Shown here: positions 25,206-37,455 of the stretch, in pieces
How the letters are laid out: every line of letters begins with the position of its first letter
Numbering within the stretch: the first letter of the stretch is position 1
DNA from: Podarcis tiliguerta
Taxonomy: Eukaryota
Reading direction: 5' to 3' (one strand)
NCBI GenBank assembly: GCA_965153285.1
Contig: OZ229118.1
DNA: 64,000 nt
Notes under the pieces: generated by a model
Database searches by the model: none
Seen by the model: the letters and a program-made list of their open reading frames with translations, nothing else
What the model was told of the DNA's origin: nothing
Made by a program: the position numbers and the translations under genes

Positions 25206-26428
25206 GAATTATTTTGCATTAAAGGCTTGGGAAGAAGGAGAAATCACAGGGGAAAATGTTGATCTTGGTGTTTTGGCCTCTACATTGCTCGCTCTCCCAA
25301 TCTCTGTCTCTTATTTAATGCAACTATTGAAGAAAGATCATTCTCTGTCTGCCATTAGTGTGCCTCAGTCATGACCTCCAGGGACCACCTAGTTCTGGGG
25401 GTGAAAATATAATTCACTGTCCATGCTCACTGATTCTTGAGACCCTCTGTAAAACAACAAAACAGAACGAGCCATGCAAAACTATCCCTATCTGGTTGGC
25501 ACTTGGGGCTTAAATTATTTTGAGGGTTGACTTTAAAAGATGCAGACTATATTTTTCTTTGCAGACTCCAGCCTGAAACACTACTAGAAAACTTATTTTG
25601 GCCAGAATTATTCTCAGATGCATGGTTTGTGACTGATCACTTCTGAAGCAAAGCATTAATCGTCTCAATATATAGCCACTGAATATAAACCTATTATCCT
25701 TTGCTGCACAGAAACGCATACAAAAAGAAACAGCTAATGATAATTAGGGATTACAGTGTTGGAGGAAACATTCCTTGATGTAATAGAAAATGTAAGTGAT
25801 TTAGCAAATCAGAGTTAGTTGGACCGCAAACAAGCATCAAATAAAAGGAACAGCGCACTAATTGGAAGCTTGATCATTTAGAATACATTTGTTGGCATGG
25901 ATTATGGGATTGCTATCTTTAAGCAGCATTAAATCATTGCAAGAGAGCACTGCCAAAAAACCTCTTCATTTCCTTTTAGTGACTTCTTACTGCCCTCAGT
26001 TCAAGTTTAATAGAAAAGGAAGGACATGATGTTGTTTTAATGACAGGAAACCAATGCCTTCCAAATGAATAAATTCCATCACTGACTGCCACAAAGTGTG
26101 CTAATTATTTCCTTTGATAAATTAAAAGCTATAAAAGCCTCTAAAGCATAGAATATGCAGCTTACAGTCATTGTCTGCCCCACTGCAGTGCTAATCACTG
26201 ATATATAAACCTGGTGGTTTTTATGTAATAAGACATCATTTTCTTTTAACATTGGTGCCTTCTGTGTAAACCAAATTTGTTAGTTTGCCCCCAAATCAAG
26301 GCAGTGAATCTAAAAGTTTTTTTTAAAAAATTAATGCATCTATTCCGGTTAACAAGTAATATTTGTTGAAATCAGGCATTATAAAAATATAGTTTAAGGA
26401 CAGGAATATCTTAACCTTAATCTCTAAC

Positions 26429-26562
26429 ACAGGGCTGGGTAAAAGGTGGCCTTAGGAAGTGTTTCTGGACCACAGTTCCCATCATCCCTGACCATTGGCC
26501 ATGCTGGCTGATGGGAGTTTGAGTCCAGCAACATTTGGAGGGCCACAGGTTCCCCAACCCTG
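26429..26562. mobile_element. Short hAT/Charlie-type MITE (further degraded copies at ~3520-3620, ~34850-34960 and two in tandem at ~50100-50360)
   Basis: CAGGGCTGGG...CCCCAACCCTG termini and an internal palindrome ctcccatca...tgatgggag. Confidence 0.65.
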
Positions 26563-26589
26563 CCTAAATGACATAGGGCATGTTACTAT

Positions 26590-26800
26590 AAGGAACCATT
26601 TGCTGCCAGTCTGGTAATTAAGATCAGTGCCAGAGGCTTTAATCTCAGTGCCATCTCAGGAGGTTTGGTGAGTGAGCCCAAGAGACAGGGCCTCTCTGTG
26701 TTGACGCTGCAAGGGGAATGCCCTTCCCATGGAAATTTGTCCGGCTCCCCTCTTTGTGTGTCTTCTACAAGAAACTGGAGACACTTTCATTTACTGCTTT
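26590..26800 (+). mobile_element. Degraded L2 3' fragment
   Basis: taagatcagtgccagaggc...agagacagggcctctctgtgttg matches the L2 segment LRSS.E.LL...RAFSV. Confidence 0.5.
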
Positions 26801-27959
26801 TAAAACATGTACCACCTAATTTTATAGCTGATCATTTTAATGTAAAGTAAGCCTGCAATTTACACACATTTTGTGCACATTCACTTGGCAAAAATCTAAG
26901 AAATAAATGAGAAGGAGATGGGCATTGGTGAAAAAAGACTTGGGCAATCCCACCCGCCATTGAACCCAAAGTGTTTTGACTATATGCAATTTCATGGCAA
27001 CCCATGTTAGAAGTGTAGCTTTTGGTGAATTCCCTTAAAAATAGCTAAAAAGTTCATTTTGCAAAAAAAGCTCAACAACTTTGGGCAAAACTTTAAAAAG
27101 CTCAACAACTGTGTTGGGCCCGGATTTTCACTTTTTGAAACATGATAACCCTACATAACCCCCGCATAAGTTGCAGGCTTACTGCATAACATTACTGCTA
27201 GATATGTGAGTTGCATCCTTTTACGGATTGGTACTGCCTTTAGAAATTGTTGGTTGGATATATCATATGGACATGTGTGTATGTGGCTTTTTAGATACAC
27301 ACATCTTCTTGTCCTGTGACCTTCATTCCAGTGAAGGGGGCAGGCTTCTGTGTGCCAAAGAACTACACAAACAGAACAGTTCCCCTTCTTAAAATGTTGG
27401 GGAGAGCAGTTGTAGAGTGTGGGCAGGAGTGCCACACCTGGAAGAGATCACTGGATTAAGGTGACAGGCTCACATTGATTACCTGTGTACACACACAAAC
27501 ATATTTTAAGCTTCCAAATGACTTAAGGCAGCCTATTTGTACTTAAGTTAGTGCAGCTCCATTGAAGTCTCAGGAACTGAACCAAATTTTCTGCATTTAT
27601 CTATTTTATGAAATGTAGTTCTGAAACACTCCGCTTTCCTCACATTTCAGTGAGGCCAAATTGGCTTAGCACCAAGTGTGCCTGCATTAAATTATTTGGG
27701 AGCTGGCCTCCTTGCACTTGTGTGGCTTGCTTGCAGCTGGAGCATGATTCCTCTGCAGGATCCTCGAGTTGTTATTGTTTAGCAGTGCAATTTTAAAAAC
27801 AGAACTTGTAGAACATTTGCCTACAGCCCTGTTGCAGGAGGGGTGGGGCCATGAATGCCAGCTCCACCCCACTCAATGGATTTGAGGCCTGGGTGGATCT
27901 AAGCTGGGCATGGAAGTAACTCATTGCATTGGCAGACACCTGAGCTTTGAATTGGACTA

Positions 27960-28905
27960 CAGGTGAAACTCATTAAATTAGAATATTGTGGAAAAGTTCG
28001 TTTATTTTAGTAATTCAACTTAAAAGGTGAAACTAATATATATGAGATTATGAGATTACAAATCAACACAGACTGTGGAAACTTCACACTGGACTTCAAG
28101 CATCTGGCATTGTGTGCCTGCCCATTCTTCCTCCAGATTCTGGGTCCTTGGTTTCCAAATGAGATGCAAAAGCTGCTCTCATCAGAAAAGAGATTTGGAG
28201 AGCCATGTCATAAGCTGGTTTTGGTCCACTGTGCTTCATTAAGTCCAGGGTCAACACAGTCATCTACCAGGAGATTTTGGAGCACTTCATGCTTCCTTCT
28301 GCAGACGAGCTTTATGAGGATGCTGACTTTGTTTTCCAGCAGGACTTTGGCACCTGCCCACACTGCCAAAAGTACCAAAGCATGGTTCAATGTCCATGGG
28401 ATTATTGTGCTTGATTGGCCAACAAACTCGCCTGACCCGAACCCCATAGAGAATCTATGGGGCATTGCCAAGAGACAGATGAGAGACATGAGACCAAGCA
28501 ATGCAGAAGAGCTGAAGGCTGCTATTGAAGCTTCCTGGTCTTCCGTAACACCTCAGCAGTGCCACAGGCTGATAGTATCCATGCCACACCGCATTGAGGC
28601 AGTAATTGATGCAAAAGGGGCCCAAACCAAGTACTGAGTACATATGCATGCTTCTACTTCTCAGAGGTCCAATATTGCAGTCCTTGTTTTGCTGATTTCA
28701 TTTAATATTCTAATTTTCTGAGATTGTTAATTTGGGATTTTCATCACCTGTACGTCATGATCATCACAATTATAACAAATAAAGGTTTGACATATCTCGC
28801 TTTGCATGACACGAGTCTATCTCATATATTAGTTTCACCTTTTAAGTTGAATTACTGAAATAAATGAACTTTTCCACGATATTCTAATTTTCCGACTTTC
28901 ACCTG
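27960..28905 (+). mobile_element. Tc1 (DD34E) transposon, internally deleted and partly inverted
   Basis: Long TIRs caggtgaaa...aattagaatat.gtggaaaagttc.tttattt.agtaattcaacttaaaaggtgaaactaatatat and the reverse complement at ~28820-28905. TA on the left, CA on the right. Transposase text FQQD.APAHTAK...W.TNSPD.NPIENLW has 34 residues between D and E. Confidence 0.92.
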
Positions 28906-29527
28906 CATTGGTTTTCAGTGTGCACAAGCCCCAATGTGCACAATGTGGAATCATGAAATCGGAGGGAACCCTGTAGGTCACCTAGTTCAAATTCTTGCTC
29001 AGAGGGAGAAATCCAGAGCTAGAGTACTGCCAACCCCAATGGATCACTATGCAGACTCTGCTTGAAGAATAGATGCATGTAATTACAGTATTAGTAAAAT
29101 AAGTTTTTGTGATGGCATCTGCTGCAATCGAGTAACCTGTTCTTAATGAGTATACTGTATAACATGCTTTCAGAACCTGTTGCCTATCAAGCAAGTGAAT
29201 TGCTGGCTAATGTAATGTTGCAATGTAAAGTTTCCCTTTTGTGCTAGGTGTAAAAAAAGAGCAGAGTTACATATTGAACGATTCCCTTGAAGTTCTAATT
29301 TGAAATCCCATCAGGGCCACTTGTTTACTAGCACTAATAGCTGACTAGCCCACAGCCTTTAAATTACTGCTTATTACAACAGGGCTGTTCACACCATTCT
29401 AGTTAAGGACCTGTCAGCATTTTCATTGAAGTAACCCTGTGTTCAGTGGTTTATTAGGGCTTTGTGAAACTATTTGCTATGCAGCCTGGCAAACCTTCTG
29501 GCTGGAGGATAAAATTATTCTTCTTAC

Positions 29528-29672
29528 CTGGGACAACCCATTGTGGTGGCTGTTTTAATTTGGCAAGAGAATCGTTGATGGATTTGTATGTCCTTTGCTT
29601 ATCTCTTGTTGTGGTGAAGATATAAAGTCTCCTGTCTGTCAGATTCACCTGCCATTTTCTTTCTTTGGATTT
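29528..29672 (-). other. Candidate spliced exon A (145 nt)
   Basis: Strong donor CAG|gtaaga and weak acceptor tttttaaaag|. Open frame KSKERKWQVNLTDRRLYIF...PPQWVVP. No known homolog recognised. Confidence 0.25.
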
Positions 29673-30839
29673 CTTTTAAAAATATATTATGAACATTATT
29701 TGTTCTGTTTGGGTGACATATAAGATAAAACAGAAAAGAAAACACAAAGCCAATAAAACACGAATCAATAAAGCAGTTAATAATAACAAGATAACCGTTT
29801 CGCATGAGAGAGGGGGGGGAAATTGCAGCAACAATCAATTAATACAGAAAGCTGAAGGGATGGATTCCACAGTGTTAAACAACCATGCTAAAACCACAGA
29901 GTAATGCAGTGATTAATTTTGTTTGTTTGTTTAAAGATTAGAAGGTTTTAAGAGGCCTAGGAGAACAAAAAGGGCTTTGCAGCCTTAGCAGTTGCTTTGA
30001 TTCTAGGCTTAAGAATTAGTTAACAATCAGCTGATGTATCCATAACCTGCAGCATTCTTAGTTTCTTGTCCTCTTTTGACTTCGCTATGTGAAATTGGCT
30101 TTAAAATACAAGTATACTGGCAAGGTTTATTGATCAGCTGACATTGACAAAGAAATAAGGGTGGGTTTTTGTGTGTATTGCATAAAGTTTGCAAAATGCT
30201 GGCTCCTCTAGCGTGTAAGCCTCTAAGGAACTACGAAAACATCACAAAAATGGTACACATCAATGGTACCCATCAGATGTTCATGTCATTTTTTTTTTAG
30301 AATATGTTATTAATATTATGGTAAAATAAAATTGATCAATTCCAACAATACCTGTACAGCATTATATGTTTATATCAGTCACGTATAAGAAAGAAACTGA
30401 GCAAATAACTATCAAATAACCGAATCACTGAATACATTGCCAAGGTTTCAGCTGTCTATTACATCACCTCTCCATAAGTTAACATTATTTTATTTTTGTA
30501 TTCTTAAAAGTGCAAAGCAATTTATATGGTAAGTTCTTTATGTCTCTGGCATCTCTTTAATTATCTGTGCTGGAAAAATATTTACCTTAAGGTGAGGAAG
30601 CAAGAAAATTACTTGAAGAGGTTGGTTGTGGAAAGTGAGGAATAGTGGACTGGGAACTTTTTGAGTACTAGTACTCGTCTGTTGATGTAATGGGCTGGCC
30701 GTTGTGTCAGCATTTTAAAGGAAGCATTTTGCTGCTGCAGGGCTTTTCTTGTAATGATCCTCTTTTTTCAGCATTCAGAAATGAGTACCATTGCTTATGG
30801 AACCAAAACAGTACCATTCACACACAAGAGGGATGTATG

Positions 30840-31184
30840 TATGTATGAATGAATCTTTATTTGCGTCAGCCATCGGCCATAGCAATAAAACAACAGTACG
30901 ATATACAAAGAATAGAAATAAAATGTCAATTATATAAAATACATTTTAGGGTTTGGAATCAATAGTCAAATAATGGATCTTATTCTGATTGCCCCAGCTA
31001 AAAACCTTGCAACCTTTACTGTCACCTGCTCATCTTGATCTGCCAAGAGAAAGGATACTGTGGCAGTGGTTGGGGTGACCCGGAATGCATAATAAAAGAG
31101 GGGTGATAGTCTCATTCCTCAATTCTTTATAAAGAGTGCAAGCCAGAAGGGTATGCGCCACCGATTCAGTACTGCCATCTCCAC
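30840..31184 (-). mobile_element. 5'-truncated RTE-X-like LINE end with 11-bp TSD AGGGATGTATG
   Basis: Minus-strand PCGDGSTESVAHTLLACTLYKELR (zinc-knuckle-like) and, after a frameshift, FLLADQDEQVTVKVARFLAGAIRIR. The 3' UTR ends aataaagattcattcatacatac. Direct repeats at 30829-30839 and 31185-31195. Confidence 0.7.
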
Positions 31185-33809
31185 AGGGATGTATGAGATT
31201 TGAGGGGCTGGGCTCTTAATGGGGGAAGAACCCCCAAACAGCTGAGTAAGCCCCCTCCACAACATCCTTTTTAATTGTGCATGTATGTATATATATATTA
31301 TATAAATTAATTCATCGTTAAATTGTAAGGGCGGGGAACACACCTCAAGGCAGTTTAAATCATGTGCTCATTGGTCTTTCAATAAAGTATGCAGTTGCGG
31401 ATGCTCCAAGATGGTCATACTGCTTCATTTCCAGTCAGTGCATATCCTGTAACTTCCTACCTAAATCTTATACCTTTTCATACCAAAAATTATCTGGGTT
31501 GCGTAACACTGCCCCTCCCCCACATTTTGCTGAACCAGAGCCGTTCCAGGCAGCAATAATGTGGTAGTTTAGGTGTGTCTGAATGATGTGTGACTGCACA
31601 CCTGCACATGGCGCTGAACCTGGAAGAAGCCCCAAAACATCATAAAGATGTCATGAAAAGGTATGGGGGGGGCTGAGGTGGAGCAGAGTGGGCTTACACA
31701 CAGATCTTGGCAGAAACTGGTGCCACTGCTGGTCGGGTGGGTGGTGGAGGTGAGGCAGGCACTGCTGCTCAAAGTAGCGCCTCATCTTGCCTCATCAGTG
31801 GACAGGATCTGGTATGGATTAAAAACTCAGCAATGGAAACACATTGAATGCACAGCAAAGAGCATGAACACAGCCTTTGTTGGACAGTTGCAACTTCCTC
31901 ATATGCTGACTAAAGATGGCAGGGGACAGGTAAGCCTGACTAGGGGGGAAGGGAAGACTCCCTCCTTTGAGGGAAAGAGTCAGTGGAGGTGTTGAATGAA
32001 ATTTAAAAGAAAAAAAAAATTAAATTTATTATTTTTAATATTAATAGTGTAAAATAAACTGGGAGCCAAAGGGAAGAGGAACAAGAGAGAGGAGGAAGGA
32101 GAAGAAAGTGAATGCAAAAAAAGCAGGGAGGAGGAATAAATGAAACTGGCAGTCTTTGGGAGATAATGTACAAGTGTGAAAATGGGGAGGAGAAATTACA
32201 GAAGATGAATAGAAGTACTTTTGAGAGGTGTGTGGAAAAGGGAAGAATCTTGACTAAGAGGTTTTCTTCCCTTGGAGCCTGTGGATCAGCAAATTCTGCC
32301 TAAGAATGAGGATGCTGAGTGACAGTCCCTCACGAACCAGTGCCTGTACTTCACTTGAGGAAGACTGAACTATTGAACTCCTTACCACAAGGAAATCACT
32401 GTGGCAAAGATTTTAACTATTTCCAAAGAGGAAATAGATATGTTTAGAAAATGTCCATAATTACCATCTGACTATGCCAGACTCCACCTCCAGCTGCCCT
32501 GATTATGGCGCTTGCTCCACCATTTTGTGACTGATCGGCGTCAGTAATTTGCATCTTTCCCAAGTGAGCCCTGGCAGTTGGAAGTTTGTTAGCCCTTGCT
32601 GTAGGCCATTTAGATGCATGACCTAAAAGAAAAGCTGCTCATTCATGATTTCAGGACAATGAAAATGCAAAAGGTCTTGAGCTTGTACAAGGCTTAGGTG
32701 ACCCAGAAGAAACAGGAGCAATTGCTAGCCTAAAAAATGTGTCATGATCATGTAAGCCTATTTAGGCAAAAACACATAGTTAGAAGTAGAGACTTGTTTC
32801 CAAGGACAAATGTGTGTTTATGGCTGGTTGTCAATCAGTATGTGGTTTAGTTCTCAGTAGCTAGTCTTGAAAGACTTGTTTAGAATGAATCCTGCTAAAT
32901 TATAGCAATATATGCAATTTAATTTCCAGCAATAGACACAGTTTACATCAGGTCCTGTGCTTATTTGTGCTTTTGAGCAACTCCATTTATTTCAATAGTA
33001 TCTACACTATAAATGAGTTGCAACTGTTATCTCAATTCACTGAGCTTAGCATGAACATAAGTTACTTTGTTGTTATAGCGGATTTTGGTCTTTTAGACAA
33101 TGTGCAGCAAAACTGAAAATGATCCAAGCTTGAGCTGCTCAAATACAAAAGCCTTTATAGAGTCAAAAGTCCATTCTGTTCATGCAAGAATAAGAGTTGA
33201 TGAATGCAGATTGTGTTGTTCTTTTGCTATAGCCACTTAAAATAAATCCTTCAATAGAACTTTTCTTTAGCTAGGTTTTTCATTATTTCCAGAGGCAAAG
33301 CTGGCAAGGCAATTTATAATTCAATTTTTGCTAAATCCACAACACCTAATATATATGTCAGGCATTTCAACAGCAGGGTACTTTGGGGGATAGGTGATAA
33401 ATTGTGCTGATTATAAGTGCAAGCTGTTCTTCCAAAACATCCCATCAAAAAGAAGGCATAAGTACTAATAAGAAAATGTAACGTATCTTCAGAATGTCCA
33501 GAAACATAAGGGATAATCATTTCATGTGACCAGTTTCTTCTTGGAGTTTTATTGCTAAATATTAAGTTCTTACCTTTTCAATAAAGCTCCTCTGGTGTGG
33601 AAGCAAAATATCTGATAGGTGCACACAGCTATCCTATGCTAGCTGATAGTATTTCAGCAGACACAGGGCAATAATTCATTTCTGTCTTAAGAAGGGGCTT
33701 ACTGTGGAAGCTGGAACATTGTCTGATTACACAAACTGATATGAAAAATAGAATTGTTAGGATATAATCACCCCTGATCTTTGAAAGATCTTTTCACAAT
33801 ACCAGTCTG

Positions 33810-34000
33810 AATTTAAAGGCTTAAATGGCTTGGGACACATACTTAAAGAGCACCTCTTCCCATACCAGCTTAGATCTTCCATTTATGTACTTCACCAGTT
33901 GCCTTCTATATTTATAAGTGTGTTATTAAACCAGAAGGAAGATGGCTTTTTTTCAGTAGTGGCAACCAAGCTTTGGAGCACCTCAAAGGCTTGCCTGGCA
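33810..34000 (+). mobile_element. Degraded L2 fragment
   Basis: Reads FKGLNGLG.[frameshift]..LKEHLFPY.LRSS...FSVVATKLW, similar to the L2 at 8959-9648. Confidence 0.55.
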
Positions 34001-34219
34001 CCCGTATTGCCACATGAGATATATGCCATTCTGGAACCTGAATTGGATGAAGAACTGAATTGGATATTTGAAACAAAAACGAACAATACAATACATATTT
34101 ACACAGAACTAAGCACAGTTGGGTTCAATGGCTCTTTTCGAAGGAAAATACACAAAACGGAAGATTTCAACTATTTTTTCTGTCCATGAGTTGAAAATAA
34201 CTGGATGTTACACAGAATA

Positions 34220-34405
34220 AAGTAGTGCTGTGGTTATGATAATGAGCTATGAATCTGGAAGTCCCCAGACTGAATCTCCCTTTGACCACCATTAACTTAA
34301 TAGGTGGCTTTTGACAAGCTATTTACTGTCAAACACTCCACCCCTCAATTTTCAGTAAGAAGGCAATAATACTTGCCTGCCTTCCTGTGGTGTTGCAAAG
34401 ACTAT
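34220..34405 (+). mobile_element. MIR/CORE-SINE-like remnant
   Basis: A decayed tRNA-like head is followed by a CORE-like segment (ctcaattttcagtaa...aataatacttgcctgccttcctg.ggtgttgcaaaga). Confidence 0.4.
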
Positions 34406-36782
34406 AGCACAGTGTCAATCTTTTATCCCTTTATTCAAGGGATACAGGCTGGATCTAGACACATCGAAAATGTGTTTCAGGAAAACGTGTTCTAAACTTC
34501 ATAAAGGGAAATCACACTAGTGAAAGACAGGACTCCACAGTGCCATCTGGTATCACAGTGTTATAACACATATAAAGTGCTTTTTCTTTGCCATTGTAGC
34601 TGAATCCATGTTCTAGTTAGTTTCTATGTTCTATTTAGTAACATGCTTCTGAGGTGGAAATTAAACATTGGAAGCTAAACAGGACAGAAGAAAAATGACA
34701 GTAAACTAAGAAAAGGAAAGCAGGAAGAAACATGAAGAGGGCAGAAGCAAATCTAGGAAAGTCAGTGAAATAAAATTGATATGATCTGTTATATAAAACT
34801 TCATAAATACATAACAGGAGAAGGAGCAAAGATATGTTAAATCTGTCTACCCCGCCCTGATACAATCACAGATGTCTTGGACCATGACTGCGCTTGCTGG
34901 GGCTGGTGGGAGTTGTAGTCCAATATGTTTGGAAGGCACCAGGTTGAGGAAGGCTGTTCTAGAGAAAGAAGGCAGAGAAGGCCTGGAGCTACTTCATGGG
35001 GAAACTAAAGCTCCAATTTCAACTCATAATTTGTTTAGTTCTGCAGATAAAATTATGGAAAGCTTCACAAAGAGACTTCTTTCAGTTGTGATGGCTTCTA
35101 TTGTATAAACAGGAAACATGTGACATGACTATATTATTTCTTCAGTAATGTTGAAATGGTGGCTGTTACCAAAGAAGTGGCCTCAAATGTGACAGCTTCA
35201 GCAGTTAACAGCAAGTGTGAGTTTCTTGCACATCCTGTTTAATATGGAAGTTACCCTGTTTTATGCTTCTCTTTGTTCAAATAATTTTCTTGAGGAGCCT
35301 GTCCATGATGGTACATGATTAATGCTACCTGTAAAATGTTTAATTGGCATGATTTTATGTTGTTGTAGGCTACCCAGTCGTTTGTTTGTACATTTTCTCC
35401 CACTAATGATAACAAGTGTCTAATTACCATCCGAATGTAGTTCAGTTGATTTAATGACAAGGCTTCTGCAGACTTATTTTGTTATGCAGACAATGGATTC
35501 ACTTCCTTTCAAGTATGAAATTAAATCAAGCTCCAGTTAAGAGGCATTTAAAATAATACAGAGGAATAAATGAATATTTAGTTATCAAAAATTAAAGATA
35601 CAGAGCTCTGAGACAGTAGGAATCAGATGACAGAGCTGTCACTGAATTCAGGGTACTAAATAGAAGCAAATGTTGAAATTGGCATTTGGCATCATTATTT
35701 GCAGAGATTTTAATTATGTAGAGAAATGTTATGAGAAATATGTTCTCAATAGTGATGATGATTTACGTATTATTATGATTTCTTATAATAATAATTCTGA
35801 GTATTTATATGATACTTTCAAATATTCAAAGTACTTTACATACATTTTCTTATAAACTGTGAAGATTAACTCTTAATTGCAAGGCTGAGAGAGCATGACT
35901 TGTCTATGACCATCTTGGACATTCAAGGCAAACACAAGATTCAAACACAAGATTCAAAATGAGAAGAAGTAAATATATATAAATAGACCACTGAAAAGGC
36001 AAATCAAAGTTCATATGGGGATAAGAATGAAAAGAAGGGGGGAAAGAAGGAGCGAGTGACGGTAAGGTGATTTGACTTTCCATAAGTTGCATTGAAAGGA
36101 CAGAAATAAAACCAAACTATAATATTACACCCAGTGTAGTGACTATACTACTGTCTTGATTTGTGTACTTCAAGCTCAAACTCACAACAACGTCTTCATT
36201 TTTAATTTACAGAGTTATACTGTTTCTGGTGTTCCCATGGGATAGAAAAGAAAAGGGATATGGGGGGTCACTTAGAGTAACAATAGTGTCAACACAGAAT
36301 AAATTATTATAAAAAGTTTGCTCTGATATAAAAGAAAACAACCCTTGAACTATAGCTAGACTAAAAAGGCCAGGTATTGAAGCATTCCTCAAACAGTAAG
36401 AGTACAGATAAATGGTATCAATTAAGCCCTAGCAGTTCAGTTTTATTGGGTGGAACCTGACACGGTGGTCTAGGACTTTGTGAGTGCAACAAACATGTGT
36501 GTTTAATTAAATGTATAATTATTTCACATTGGGGTTCTCAGAGGAACAGCCATTTCCAAGGCACATCCACTTTGCTATTTCTAGAAATACCTTGGTGAGA
36601 AACGGGTCCTTCTAGTTGTTTTACAAATGTCTGTTGGTAGGCCATTGATAGTATATTCAATACTGCATTTCAGTACCAATCACGGCCCCAAAATTATGGG
36701 GAAGCTCAGCTGAATCCACCCTTTTAGACCTTTAAAAAAGACACCATAAGGCCGCTTGACTCACCTGCCTTAACATACTCTT

Positions 36783-37127
36783 CATAATAATAATAATAAT
36801 TTATTATTTATACCCCGCCCATCTGGCTGGGCTTCCCCAGCCACTCTGGGTGGCTCCCAATAGCATATTAAAAACAGGATAAAACATCTAACATTAAAAG
36901 CTTCCCTAAAGAGGGCTGCCTTCAGATGACTTCTAAAAGTCCGACAGTTGTTTATCTCCTTGACATCTGATGGGAGGGTGTTCCACAGGGCAGGCACCAC
37001 TACCGAGAAGGCCCTCTGTCTGGTTCCCTGTAACCTCACTTCTTGCACTGAAGGAACCGCCAGAAGGCCTTTGGCGCTGGATCTCAGTGTCCGGGCTGAA
37101 CGGTGTGGGTGGAGATGCTCCTTCAAT
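36783..37127 (-). mobile_element. Short 5'-truncated L2 LINE 3' end with (AAT)n tail
   Basis: LKEHLHPHRSARTLRSSAKGLLAVPS...RAFSVVVPALWN.LP; the 3' UTR is near-identical to 8878-8935. Confidence 0.92.
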
Positions 37128-37249
37128 AGCAAAAAAAAAGAAAAAAAGAAAAGAGGTGCTGTGGCACCTTTGATTTTGACCCTGAATCACATAATATGAA
37201 GTCAGGGAGAAGCAGAGTCAGATTTTACTGGCCTTGGTGCCTGGGAGGA

Positions 37250-37455
37250 ATCTTATTCCAAAGCTGTTGTGGGCATAGAAGCTGTGTAAGCATCCATGTT
37301 GCTTGCTTTTGAGAAAATAGAGTGAAGAACTGAGAGCACAACAGGCTGATCTTTAACACTGAAGCTCTGACACCAGATGCAATAGGTCAGCTCCACATAG
37401 AGCGCATTACAGTAATCCAGACTTGAGGTTACTAACATATGGGTCACCTTCCAGT
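37250..37455 (-). mobile_element. Older L2 fragment
   Basis: VTHMLVTSSLDYCNALYVEL corresponds to the L2 motif VVHALVISRLDYCNALYVGL. Confidence 0.65.

Noticed and set aside
33574-33640. Strong minus-strand donor AAG|gtaaga as an additional exon
   Set aside because: The acceptor is ambiguous and the open frames are very short.
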